This document shows, piece by piece, positions 1-16,744 of a stretch of DNA of 64,000 nt. How positions within the stretch are numbered: the first letter of the stretch is position 1; each line of letters starts with the position of its first letter. The notes under the pieces were generated by a model. That model worked only from the letters and a program-made list of their open reading frames with translations. It did not search any database and was not told the DNA's origin. The position numbers and the translations under genes were made by a program. Origin of the DNA: Camelus ferus (taxonomy: Eukaryota); contig NC_045697.1 of assembly GCF_009834535.1 (NCBI RefSeq), positions 109,618,001 through 109,682,000 on the forward strand. Direction: 5' to 3'.

Positions 1-27
1 TGGTTTCGAAATCTGCTTCTGTCCTTG

Positions 28-37
28 GGGGAATCCC
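28..37 (+). promoter_or_regulatory. NF-kB consensus site in TLR2 proximal promoter
   Basis: GGGGAATCCC matches GGGRNWYYCC exactly, immediately upstream of the TLR2 CpG island. Confidence 0.6.
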
Positions 38-99
38 AGGTTGGAGGGGGCTGTGGGGTGGCGGGGTCGGGGTGGGGGTGGTGTGGACTCAAGCATCCC

Positions 100-1010
100 G
101 GTTCTCGTTCCGCTGCCCCGCGACCCCCACCCAGGTCCCAGCAATCTTTTCTGACCCGGGCCCGGCACGAGGCTGCTGTCAGGGCAGGACCTCGGTGACG
201 GTCACCTGACCGAGCCCGCGGGGAGGGGTGGAGGTGCCGTTGTGTCCCTGGTCACAGGAGCCAGGCGCACTCGGCGGAGCGGGTGGTCCCCGCCCACCGG
301 GAGAAGGAGGCGCCGGCCGCACGCACTGCTCTCTGCAGGTTCTCCTGGGCGCGGGCGGGTCCCGACCCGAGGCGGCAGAAGGCGCGGCCGCCCAGGTACG
401 TCGTGTGGAAAGCGCGCTCCGCGGGCCTCGTAGCTCCGCCGCCGTCCCCGGTCGGGAGGGCAGGCGGGGCCGGAGGGTGCCAGCGGCGCGGATGCGGGCG
501 CCAGGGGTCTCTGCTCCCCGATCGGTGGCACCCGGGGTCCCAGTCTCGCGACTCGGGTACGGGGGAGGCGGCGCGGGCGCTGGGGTGGCGGGAGCACCCG
601 GTCCCCAGGCCGTCGACGCTCCCGCAGTCCTGTCTGCGCGGCCCCGCGCGTGGATGTGGACACCCGCCCGGTGGAGGCGAGCCCGGGGGAGAAGCAGGAG
701 CCGCCCAGAGGGGACGGGGCGCGGCCCAGGTACGCCCAGCCCTTGGCGTCCCGGTGCCCGCCGGCCGCGGCGGGGCCCAGCGCCCTCCAGCCTCCAAGGG
801 GGTGGCCGCGGGGCGCTTCCGAGGGCTCCAGGCGGCCGCATCCCGGAGGCGGGAGTGGGCAGTGGCTCGGCCTCCCCTTAGGGCCGCCCTCTCGCTGGCG
901 GCTCTGTGCGCCCTGGCCGCCTCCGTCCTCGTCCCCCCGAGCGGCGATGGCGGGGATCAGGTAGAGGCTTTCCAGGTTGCACAGGCGCGTCCTGCTGGGG
1001 GTGCGTCTGC
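100..1010. promoter_or_regulatory. TLR2: CpG island / TLR2 promoter with GC boxes
   Basis: Very GC- and CpG-rich stretch ~4 kb upstream of the TLR2 coding exon, with GC-box-like motifs (e.g. CCCGCCC ~288-294). Confidence 0.85.
300..395 (+). other. TLR2: Probable non-coding exon 1 of TLR2 (start approximate)
   Basis: Donor CCCAG|GTACGT at 395/396 resembles the human TLR2 exon 1 end as I recall it. The TSS cannot be fixed from sequence, and a second donor CAG|GTACGC occurs at 729/730. Confidence 0.55.
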
Positions 1011-2067
1011 GCTCACTGGTTACCCCTGGGGCCGAACTGTGAAAGGTAGATTTCGGCCACCAGGGTTCAGAAGTGGGACAGGGTCAAGATCCCGTTCTGC
1101 CCAGGACTCTTCTCTCCCCTATTCAGAGCCTGGCCTCTGCTCCAGGGTGGGCTTCACACCCGCTGCCGTTACAACTTCTTCAACTTCTATAAATGAGAAC
1201 TTGTGTTTAGAACTTAGAAGCCGCCAGCCAGGATGTTTTTCCTGTTGGGAGGGTGGTTGCGGGGGAAGGGCTGGGAGACAAAGGAAACTGATCCGGATGT
1301 AAACAAATCAGCCTGGTGAGGTGCTTGTAATCTTGCAGAAGGTCTTGTCTGCACTATGACTAACTCAGATTTTTACCAAAAAGCAACTGGTAGATAAGAT
1401 GGCCTGACTTGAAAGTACTCCCCACTTTCCAAAAAAGGGGCAAACATCCTTTCAAAAAATGACTTGTTCACCAATATTTTAAGTTTGTTCCTTTTTTCAA
1501 AAAGCAGAGAGCATTTGTATCTTTAAACTTTTTATAATGCACCTATTACGTAACTTGCCGGATGTTGACAACATATTTTGGAAGTTTCTAAGCTGTCAGT
1601 TAATTTTTTTCATTATTGTATTTAAGAATTTGGCATGCTTGGTTAAATATCTTGTTTTGATTTTAGTGATGGAGCATAATTTATTGTATGTGACATCCTG
1701 AGTGTAACCTCCTTATAAAGACCTTTTAGTAAATCTAAATTGTATTCATCCTCCCAAATAGGCTTACTTGTCAAAATTGTTTTTATCTTCACAATATCAT
1801 TTAAAATTTACATAACTTTTTCCTCATACCAAAAAGCCTCATCCGGGTTTCTGAGCGTTGTTTTTTTTCTTATCTATCATTACATTAAAAAATTCAATTA
1901 TTGCTTCTTGTTGCCTACTCTTACCAGGTTTATTTTCCATATTGCTGAAGAACATGTTTTCGGTTACTTCTTTCAGTGAGGGTCTGTGGATAAAAATTCT
2001 TTTTTAGGTTTTGAATGTTTGAAAATGTCTACCTCATCTTTATTCTGGATGACAATTTGTTTGTTAA

Positions 2068-2530
2068 TTAATTAATTTTTATTGAAGTATAGTTGATGTA
2101 TAATATTGCATTAGTTTCAGGTGCATAGCAAACTGATTTGGTTATACATATATACTCTTTTTTTGACTCTTTTCCAGTATTGATTATTACAAGAAATTGA
2201 ATATAGTGGCCTGTGCTATACAGTAAATACTTGTTGTTTATCTATTTTATATATGGTAGTGTGTATCTGTTAATCCCATAGTCCTAATTTATCCCACTCT
2301 CTTCCCCTTTGGTAAATTTGTTTTCTATGTCTCTGAGTCTGTTTCTGTTTTGCAAAGAAGTTCATTTATACTATTTTTTAGATTCCACATATAATTGATA
2401 TCATGTAATATTTGTCTTTCTCTGTCTGACTTACTTCATTTAGTATGATAATCTCTAAGTCCGTCTATGTTGCTGCAAATGGCATGATTTCATTCCTTTT
2501 TTATGACTGAATAATATTCCATTCCATTCT
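2068..2530 (-). mobile_element. L1 3' end fragment
   Basis: TTTTATTGAAGTATAGTTG... followed by typical L1 3'UTR/ORF2-end text (GATTCCACATAT...GTTGCTGCAAATGGCATGATTTCATTC). Confidence 0.85.
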
Positions 2531-4867
2531 TTATCTTGGATGGTAATTTAAATGGGTATAGACATCTAGACTGACAGGTGTGTTTTCTCAGCCCTTTGAG
2601 GATATTATCCCACTGTTTTGAGGCTAGATGAGAAATTTCTATTCTTTTTTTGCTTGAGATTCAATATGCATTTGTAATTTGGGAATTTATGTGCTTCTTC
2701 AATTCTGAAAAATTCTTAGTTGTTGTATCTTTTAATATTTGGTCCCATATCAGCACATGTGGCAGGCTTGGGTTCTGCTTTCTTACGAGAGAGATGTAGC
2801 AGGCTGGCTTCCAGCCAAGTGGAGACCCTGGGCCAGAGGGCAGAGATTTTTAAGGTCCCTGTTCACATATGGTGTAGCCTTTTCCCTGCATGTGGCTCTG
2901 TGGAAAGCCCACTTTCAGTTCTGCATCATGCACTGGGTCAGGAGTCCCTTCTCCACTCCAACTTTCCCCAGACATCACAGCCCTCATCCTAAAGTGGGTG
3001 TCTGGCTCGGGTTTCACTCTGGGGCACAGGGCTGCAACTTCCTCTCGGCATGAGTCGCCTTTAGCACCGGGCTTACTCCTCACACTTCCATCCTTTCCTG
3101 AGTCTTGGACCAATAATTCCTCCCCACTTTGTCAACTTTCTCTATTCCTTAAGCAGGTGATTTTTATTTTGTCCAGATCCACGACCTCCGTTAGATCTGA
3201 CACCACTCAGTCTAACTTGAGCCGTCACCCTTGCCTTTCTCAGTGTCTTACACTGAGGAATTCTCTGCCCCATGTACTGGGGAAACGGGAGAAGAGACAG
3301 GTAATTCTGATCTTCAGTGTCAAGTCATTAACTGTAGTTCTAGCATCATTGATAATTTTTATTTGTTGAAAATCCACCATGCAATAGGTACCAAACAATA
3401 TCTGTATCAAATAGCCCAAGATCTCTGCTCTTATAAATTTTATCTTTTAAAGAGAAAAGGCTAGAAAAATTAAAAATGGATGTGTTTGACATTAAATCTT
3501 AGCCAAAATTGATATAGATTTCTTAAGATTTGTGCAATATATTACAAAAATGAGGGAAAAAAATCAAATAAATTTTGGTTCTCCAGAGCAATTATACTAA
3601 GAGGATTTTTTTAATGGCTGATTAAGCAGAAAGACAATGGGATAGATATAGTACCAGATAGTAATAGGCGCCTCATCTTAACCCTGTCAATTTTAGAGGT
3701 GGGTGCAATGATGGATGGGTAGCCCCTGGGGGTTAGTTTCCATTGTCTGCTGTTTCTCCTCTTCTCATGCTTAATACCTTGCTTCTTTTCATGTCCAGTT
3801 GTTTTTTATTTTATTCTGGGCATTTTATTTGAAAAATTACTTGTAGAAAGAAATGTGAGGCCTAGGATAATGTTATCTTCTTTGAGAGAAAATCTTCCTT
3901 TGCTTCTGTAGGTACCCACGTTCCAGAAATAACTGTAGTCCATTTTCAGAGACTGAAGCAGTCTGAGCCATCCAGGTAAAGCAAAGCTCTGCTGCAGTTT
4001 ACCGGAGGGCTTATTTTCTGAAGTTCAGCCTTACCTATCCCATCCGTGACTGCCCCGGGCCTTAACCTTTAACTCCTTGTCTTCCAAGGCTGTCAGAAGT
4101 GCCATGCACCCTATCAGACTGTGCTGACTGTGTTCATGGTGATCAAGGACAAGGCTGAACATTTTGGCAGAGAATTTGAAACTCTAAGAATGACATAGCA
4201 GATGAGAAAAAGAACCCAATAGAAAATATATAGATGAAAACTGTAATACTGTCATGTTGATTGTTTCCCCTAAATGATCTTTTAAAAAATAGTGCTGGGT
4301 CACTTAAACGCTGCTTCCTGCACTTAGTCCTCTGCAGGAAGAGAAGCTTCTCACGGTCTGATTGTCCCTCAGTCCAACCACCTTGCTCTCCCAGGGGTTC
4401 TCAGCATCTCTCCTGCTCACTAGTTGGAGGTGCAAGACAGGTTGGCAAGCATGGAACCTTCTTCTCTGGGTTAAAGAGTGGGTTCCTCCTCAGTGAAAGT
4501 TGTCCAGTGAGAGCTGTGGTCTGGCTCTGTTAGACCTCTAATTCTGGGGGGTATCAGGGCAGGGAGGAGGCATGCTCCAACATAAGGTTTGAAGTGTAGG
4601 AAAGTGTAGGAATAGGTGGTTGTACATCCGTATGGTTAAGCCCGGCCCATTTCTTAAACTGCTCGCTTGTTTATTCCTCCTTTCATTCATTTACTCATTC
4701 TTTCAACCCATGTTTGGTCCCGATCCACACTCCCAGATGGAACTGTGCTTTTAAGTCATGGCTCAGTGGCAGTCTGTCTGTGTTAGTGTTGCTGGATGTG
4801 CCAGGGAATTCATTTTTTATCCCCATTCATACATTCCATTTGCCTGTTACTTCTTGGTAGTTAGCTC

Positions 4868-4903
4868 TGTGTGTGTGTGTGTATGTGTGTGTGTGTGGTG
4901 TGT
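4868..4903. repeat. Interrupted (TG)n microsatellite in the last TLR2 intron
   Basis: TGTGTGTGTGTGTGTATGTGTGTGTGTGTGGTGTGT seen directly. Confidence 0.95.
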
Positions 4904-5005
4904 ATTGCATTTTACAAAGTGTTTTTCAAGACAAGAATTAAGATATGCTGTCAAACACAATCACTCATTTGAACCTCTCTTATTTGTAGGTTGCGTCACT
5001 GGACA

Positions 5006-7363
5006 ATGCCACATGCTTTGTGGACAGTGTGGGTCTTGGCAGCAGCAATCAGCCTCTCCAAGGAAGGGGCCCTTGATCAGGCCCATTCTCTGTCTTGTGA
5101 CCCCACTGGCGTCTGTGATGGCCGTGCCAGATCTTTAAACGCCATCCCCCCAGGGCTCACGGCAGCTGTGAAAAGCCTTGACCTGTCCGATAACAAGATC
5201 ACCTATGTCGGCAACAATGACCTGCAGAGGTGTGTGGGCCTCAAGGCCTTGAGGCTGGGGTCCAATGGAGTCCACACAATAGAGGAAGATTCCTTTTTTC
5301 CCCTGAGGAGCCTCGAACATTTGGACTTATCCTATAATCGCTTGTCTAACTTATCACCTTCCTGGTTCAGGACCCTTTCTGCCTTGAAATTCTTAAACTT
5401 GCTGGGAAATCCTTACAAAACACTTGGCGAAACGTCTCTTTTTTCTCATCTCCCCAATCTGCGAATCCTGAAAGTAGGAAATAGTAACCCCTTCTCTGAG
5501 ATTCAGGAAAAGGATTTCTCTGGGCTCACTTTTCTTGAGGAACTTGAGATCGATGCTTCAAATCTGCAGAGGTATGAGCCAAAGAGTTTGAGGTCAATTC
5601 AGAACATCACTCATCTGATCCTTCGCATGAGGCAGCCGGTTTCACTGCTAGAGATCCTTGGAGATCTTTTAAGCTCTGTCGGACATTTAGAACTGCGAGA
5701 TACTGATCTGAACACGTTCTCTATTTCAGAAATAGCTGTCTATGAAACCAATACATGGATTAACAAGTTGACCTTTAGAAATGTAAAAATCACTGATGAA
5801 AGTTTTAGTGAGCTGGTGAAACTGCTGAATTATATTTCTGGGATTTTAGAAGTAGAGTTTGATGGCTGCACCCTGAACGGACTTGGTAAATTTAGAACGC
5901 CTGTTTTAGGCACACTTAAATACCTAGGTAACTTGGAGACGTTAACAGTACGGAAGTTGACTATTCCAAATTTTTTCTTATTTTACGATCTGAGCAGTAT
6001 ATATTCACTCACGGGAAAAGTGAAAAGAATCATAATAGAAAACAGTAAGGTTTTTCTGGTTCCCTGTTTACTCTCACAACACTTAAAATCGTTAGAATAT
6101 TTGGATCTCAGTGAAAATTTAATGTCTGAAGAATACTTGGAAAACTCAGCCTGTGAGCATGCCTGGCCCTTCCTGCAAACCTTAATTTTAAGGCAAAATC
6201 ATTTGAAATCATTAGAAAAAACTGGCGAAGTTTTGCTTACTCTGAAAAACCTGACTCACCTGGATATCAGTAAGAATAATTTTGATTCAATGCCTGAAAA
6301 TTGTCAGTGGCCGGAAAAGATGAAATACTTGAACTTGTCCAGCACAAGAATACACAGTTTAACTTATTGCATCCCCCTGACCCTGGAAATTTTAGATATT
6401 AGCAATAACAATCTCAATTCATTTTCTTTGATTTTGCCGCAACTCAAAGAACTTTATATTTCCAGGAATAAGTTGAAGACCCTCCCAGATGCTTCCTCCT
6501 TACCCACGTTATTAGTTATGAGAATCAGTAGAAATACAATCAGTACTTTCTCTAAGGAGCAACTTGCCTCTTTTCAAAAGCTGAAGACTTTGGAAGCCGG
6601 CGGCAACAGCTTCATTTGCTCCTGTGACTTCCTGTCTTTCACGCAGGGGCAGCGAGCACTGGCCCAGGTCCTGATCGACTGGCCAGAAAACTACCTGTGT
6701 GACTCTCCATCCCACGTGCGGGGCCGGCGGGTTCAGGACGCCCGGCTCTCGGTGGCTGAATGCCACAGGGCAGCCGTGGTGTCCGCCGCGTGCTGCGCCC
6801 TTTTCCTGTTGCTCCTGCTCACCGGGGTTCTGTGCCACCATTTCCACGGTGTGTGGTACATGAAGATGATGTGGGCCTGGCTCCAGGCCAAACGGAAGCC
6901 CAAGAAGGCTCCCCGCGGGGACCTCTGTTATGATGCCTTTGTGTCCTACAGTGAGCAGGATTCCTACTGGGTGGAGAACCTCATGGTCCAGGAGCTGGAG
7001 CACTTCAACCCGCCCTTCAAGTTGTGTCTTCACAAGCGGGACTTCATTCCTGGCAAATGGATTATTGACAATATCATCGACTGCATTGAAAAGAGCCACA
7101 AAACCATCTTTGTGCTCTCGGAGAACTTTGTGAAGAGCGAGTGGTGCAAGTACGAACTGGACTTCTCCCATTTCCGTCTCTTTGACGAGAGCGATGACGC
7201 CGCCATCCTCATCCTGCTGGAGCCCATTGAGAGGAAGGCCATTCCCCAGCGCTTCTGTAAACTGCGGAAGATAATGAACACCAAGACCTACCTGGAGTGG
7301 CCCGCTGATGAAATGCAGCGGGAGGGGTTTTGGTTCAATTTGAGAGCTGCAATAAAGTCCTAG
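5006..7363 (+). CDS. TLR2: Toll-like receptor 2, 785 aa, single coding exon
   Basis: Starts [11 protein letters not shown] (signal peptide), then LRR ectodomain, LRR-CT (NSFICSCDF), TM helix and TIR domain ([23 protein letters not shown]), ending AAIKS-stop. Splice acceptor TTTGTAG| at 4989/4990 lies 16 nt before the ATG. Confidence 0.99.
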   Translation: MPHALWTVWVLAAAISLSKEGALDQAHSLSCDPTGVCDGRARSLNAIPPGLTAAVKSLDLSDNKITYVGNNDLQRCVGLKALRLGSNGVHTIEEDSFFPLRSLEHLDLSYNRLSNLSPSWFRTLSALKFLNLLGNPYKTLGETSLFSHLPNLRILKVGNSNPFSEIQEKDFSGLTFLEELEIDASNLQRYEPKSLRSIQNITHLILRMRQPVSLLEILGDLLSSVGHLELRDTDLNTFSISEIAVYETNTWINKLTFRNVKITDESFSELVKLLNYISGILEVEFDGCTLNGLGKFRTPVLGTLKYLGNLETLTVRKLTIPNFFLFYDLSSIYSLTGKVKRIIIENSKVFLVPCLLSQHLKSLEYLDLSENLMSEEYLENSACEHAWPFLQTLILRQNHLKSLEKTGEVLLTLKNLTHLDISKNNFDSMPENCQWPEKMKYLNLSSTRIHSLTYCIPLTLEILDISNNNLNSFSLILPQLKELYISRNKLKTLPDASSLPTLLVMRISRNTISTFSKEQLASFQKLKTLEAGGNSFICSCDFLSFTQGQRALAQVLIDWPENYLCDSPSHVRGRRVQDARLSVAECHRAAVVSAACCALFLLLLLTGVLCHHFHGVWYMKMMWAWLQAKRKPKKAPRGDLCYDAFVSYSEQDSYWVENLMVQELEHFNPPFKLCLHKRDFIPGKWIIDNIIDCIEKSHKTIFVLSENFVKSEWCKYELDFSHFRLFDESDDAAILILLEPIERKAIPQRFCKLRKIMNTKTYLEWPADEMQREGFWFNLRAAIKS

Positions 7364-8190
7364 GTTCCTTCACCAAAGGCCAGTCTTGGTCTGGTGGTGG
7401 TTTCGGTCTCACTAGGTATAACCAAGTCCACTCCGACACAATTATACGTAAGCCACACGAATGAGGACTTGCTTACTAAAACCACTAAACTGTTCAAATT
7501 TGCTCTAGAGTGCTGTTTTGTAAAAACTGCTACCAGAATGGGAGACCATGGTTCTGGGCTTTTCTTTCTCCTATGAGAGAATCATGATCACAGTCCATTA
7601 TTGATATCTGAATTATCTGTACCAGTTGGCTTAGTCCACTAGGAAACAGCATAAAGGAACAGAAAGTTGCAAATGGAAATACCTACAATGGTGTGTTTCA
7701 TGTGAACTGGGTCTGTCTTTTTGGGTATTTGATGATCGAGTTCTTCAGCCCCAGGGAGAGGGTACACAGCACAAAGTGCAGTAAGTTCTGTGTTTCCCCA
7801 ACAGTGAAACTAATAAGAATACGTAGACAAAATACTCAATTTAGAAGAATTTGAAAGAAGCCTTCTATATCCGTGACTCTGGTCTTCAGCCTTTCACTCT
7901 TTGTGAAGCTCTGACTGGGGTCTGGTGCCTCTGGCCCCTAAGCCCCTGTCTTCAGGTCTGCCTCCCCTGCCTCAGGTTGCTTTTGTCTGCTTTGACAAGT
8001 CTTGTTTCTGATTCCAAAAAGGTCTTTTTTTTTTTTTCTTCTGAAACTTTATAAAAGTATGTGTGAGCTAAATAGATGTTTAACAAGTATAGACTTGAAT
8101 CTTATAATGATTGGAAAATATTTGAGACCTGATAATGTAAAAGGTAGATGCTACTTCCATGGGTTAATTTTTATAATTAGGTAATATGAC

Positions 8191-8196
8191 ATTAAA
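8191..8196 (+). terminator. Candidate distal poly(A) signal of TLR2 (ATTAAA)
   Basis: ATTAAA ~830 nt after the stop codon, just before repeat-derived sequence begins. Confidence 0.45.
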
Positions 8197-8299
8197 GGAA
8201 TGCATTATATTGAAAAGCAGGGAGTTATTTATGGATTTCGGGCAACCCTCTTCTTAAGCTGGGAACCACACATGACAGGAAGTGGCCTTGCTCAGCTCT

Positions 8300-8470
8300 C
8301 AGCCAGGACTGGGTCTGTGTGGTTAATTGGGCTCTGGAGTCAGAAAGACCTGGGCTAGTACGTGTGTATCTTTGGGCAGCTCAATCTGACCCCAAATATT
8401 TTCCTGTCCTTAAGACAGGGATAATAATAGCTACATGACAGGATGTGATGTAGTTATCAACATGCAGTTA
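8300..8470 (+). mobile_element. MIR SINE remnant
   Basis: GGGCTCTGGAGTCAGAAAGACCTGGG ... GGGATAATAATAG core MIR motifs. Confidence 0.6.
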
Positions 8471-8477
8471 ACGCCAA

Positions 8478-8604
8478 GGAGGGAGGGTCTAGCTCAGTGG
8501 TAGAGTGCGTGCTTAGCATGCATGAGGTCCTGGGTTCAATCCCCGGTACCTCCTCTAAGAGTAAATAAAATAAATAGACCTAATTAGCTCCTCCCACAAA
8601 AAAA
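8478..8604 (+). mobile_element. tRNA-derived SINE (Vic-1-like, camelid)
   Basis: A box TAGCTCAGTGG, B box GGTTCAATCCCC, A-rich linker and short tail; same consensus recurs ~10 times in the window. Confidence 0.85.
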
Positions 8605-8791
8605 TTAATTTTAGATAAACAAGTTTATACAGTATAGCACAGGGAACTATATCCGCTATCTTGCAGTAGCTTATGTGAAAAAGAATATGAAAATTAATGT
8701 ATGTATATTTATGTATGATTGAAGCATTGTGCTGTACACCAGAAATTGACACGACATTGTAAACTGACTACACTTCAATAAAAAAAAAAAA
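8605..8791 (+). mobile_element. L1 3' terminus with poly(A), fused directly behind a SINE
   Basis: TATAGCACAGGGAACTATAT...GTAAACTGACTACACTTCAATAAAAAAAAAAAA. Confidence 0.85.
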
Positions 8792-10414
8792 TACAGAACA
8801 TACAGTAACATCAGTGAAGCCCAGATCATGTGCCCTTTGGTTGCCATTCAAGCTGAGGTGACAGGAGGGCCACGCCCAGGAGAGTGGGAGCCACGGGAGC
8901 TTGCACAGGGCGACAGAGGTGCCTGTGGGTAGATGTCACCTGTTATTGTTATTTTCCAAGAAGTCATTCACCTTCTTAAATATTATGGTTTGTAAGTGAA
9001 TGTTTTTCTGTTATGGGTACTAGCAGAGATCTAAGGTGTATTTTCTGTTGTCTGCAGAAAGTTATCCTGAAGAAATAAGTTCATGAAGTGCACAAAAGGC
9101 TTTAGTCCTTGGGAAACTCACGTGGTGTTTCTTGTCTCTCATACAGACTCCTGGGAGAGTCTAATGGAGGAGGCAGCAGCCAGCCTAGGAAAGAAATGGG
9201 CAAGTTTAGGAGGAGGGAACTGGAGGAGTTGCCATAGAAACCAAACACACAATGGGCTTTTTGCTTTACTTCTCTGTTTCTTACATGAGGCACAATGCGA
9301 ATCATCATGAGCACCAGACAGATTTCATGTGGACTTAGTTGATCCGCAGATTTAATTTTCAATAATTTAAACAGCGATAGAAACAGCTTCATGGTTAATT
9401 GATAGATGTAAGGCACTATTTTAAAAGTAATCTTTATTTTCCTCATTGCAAATGTTAAACGTGTTTATGGCTGGAATTTTGGAAAGGAGACAAGAGCATA
9501 TTAAAGAAAATAAGAATCAGCTCTTACCCCTTCACTGTGAGAGAACCACTGGTAACGAGGGACTGTTTGCTCTCCGTAATTTTTTCAGTGTATTCAGTGT
9601 ATATATACATTACTTCATAAAACTGGGATTAAATTTTTAAACGCCTAAACAGTGTAAAGAAAATAGCATTTTTATTATTTTTTTTCTGAGATTGTTTAGT
9701 GATTATCTAACATTTCTGAACTCGGAGGGTCACCCAGAATTCCATGCAAATACACACTGGTTTACTTGCCCAGAGTTCTAAAGGGTCTTCCTGCAGCTGT
9801 CCAGAAAAGGTAAGTGGCAAAGACATCAGAGGTCAATTTAACGGCTCTTTCTTTTACAGAGGAAAAACTAATTTTTAGTTGGCGCTTTATGCAACTGGGA
9901 GGTCTTTTATTTGTGGATAGACTCAGGGACTTGTCAAAGTTCAAGAATCTTGTTGTATTTTTTTAATCCTTGCCCATGCCTGGTACGTAGTAAATATTGA
10001 ATTGTTGAAATGTTTGCTGAGCAGAGAAATAAACCAGAGTTAAGTCTTCTAATAATCTGGATGGTGAGCCAGCTGTGATACTGAAGCCCTGAGCAGTTTC
10101 AAGAAGGAAAAATACCAACAGCTAGAAAGCTTAGCGTGAGTTACCATTACAACTATGATGGAATGTGGTACAGCATTAAGTTCATTGTCCATATTTTTGA
10201 CGATGGGTGTGTTTCCTTTCTACTTCATACAAGAGTAACACCTTCAAGGATGGGAAAGGAGATGTCTGGTGTTATGTATACTGTGTTAATTGCTTAGCAA
10301 ATGACCAGTCACTGAAAACAAATTAATTTGGGGGCGTTTAACATATTGTTCTTGGGTGACTTCGTTCTGACTGGTCTTCGCAATTCTATTAATTTTTTTT
10401 TCTTTCTTGCTGGA

Positions 10415-10610
10415 TTAATTCACTTAGTTCAGCAAGTATTTGTCAAGTGCCTGTTGTGTGCCAGGGGCTGCTCCAAGTGCTGGAGAGATAGTAGGGAACA
10501 AAACCGATCAAATTCTCTGTCTTCATGGAGGGGAAGCCAAACAATAAACAAATGAATCTCTGATATGATTTCAGGTATTGATAAATGTTATGAAGAAAAT
10601 ACAAGCAGCA
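10415..10610 (-). mobile_element. L2 3' remnant
   Basis: CAGCAAGTATTTGTCAAGTGCCTGTTGTGTGCCAGG L2-type motif. Confidence 0.55.
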
Positions 10611-11115
10611 TATGGCAATGGAATGGTTGTGTGTGCGTGTGTGTGTGTGTAAACAGGGTGCTCAAAAAAAGAGTGATTCTTCTCCTTTAGTGCAGCCCTG
10701 GGGTGGCCTGAGTGCATCTGGCAGCCCCAGGAAAGCCAGCGTAGATCTGGTCCATGGAGTGGGCTGTGGCACTAGTGCTAGAGGTTTCGGAGTAACCAGT
10801 AACTAGAGGACGATACAGAAGGTCTCAGTGGTGTCAAAGCTGCCACGTGGTAACAAGTACCAAGGACAGAAGACCGTATCCTTAAACCATCGAGCACTTA
10901 ACAACTCTGCCTGCTTTTTTGAAGATGTGGAACTGGTAAGCAGGTTTTTGTTATTCCTTAATGTTGTATCTGAGAAGTACTTTGCAAACCTCTGAAACAC
11001 ATGACAGGTGAGATCGTTATAAGCCAAACTGGAGGATGTCCCATGGTGAGTTGTACCAAATGTGTCACATGCGTGCATTAGAAAACGATCATAACGGGAA
11101 AGGTGCAAAGCACGT

Positions 11116-11192
11116 TTTATTTGTTTATTCCATTGATCAGCTTCTTTGAAGATTCTTTCCACAAGATGGAAAACAGATGGCCAAGTTTTATT
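11116..11192 (-). terminator. Cluster of candidate RNF175 poly(A) signals
   Basis: AATAAA on the minus strand (TTTATT on +) at 11187-11192, 11124-11129 and 11116-11121, about 125-200 nt past the stop codon. Confidence 0.5.
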
Positions 11193-11316
11193 CCGTTCTC
11201 TAAGTTCATGGGATCATCTCGAAAATTAAAAGAAGAGTATCAATATGAAATATATGATCAAGGGTTTGAAAATATCTCAACATGCGAGACGTTGCTTCTG
11301 GGGTAAGTCGTCTGTG

Positions 11317-16670
<5,354 letters not shown>

Positions 16671-16744
16671 TCACCATGGGAAAGGAGCGTGCACGCTATT
16701 CTCCGAACACAGGGAAGCCACCGCCAGGCTTTTGGACACAGTAT

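Noticed and set aside
179..1302. Long overlapping ORFs (up to 339 aa) on both strands
   Set aside because: Pro/Arg/Gly/Ala-rich, many with non-ATG starts; expected from stop-codon depletion in a CpG island; no recognisable domain.
4991..5005. 5-aa N-terminal extension of TLR2 in the ORF track (790 aa)
   Set aside because: Begins at TTG just after the splice acceptor; the conserved start is the ATG at 5006.
4758..7284. ORFs overlapping TLR2 (4758-5138 +, 6512-7171 -, 7030-7284 -)
   Set aside because: Shadow frames of a real CDS; the first crosses the intron and the microsatellite.
8478..8555. tRNA-like sequences with A/B boxes (here and nine other sites)
   Set aside because: Heads of a tRNA-derived SINE with a shared tail and TSDs; not tRNA genes.
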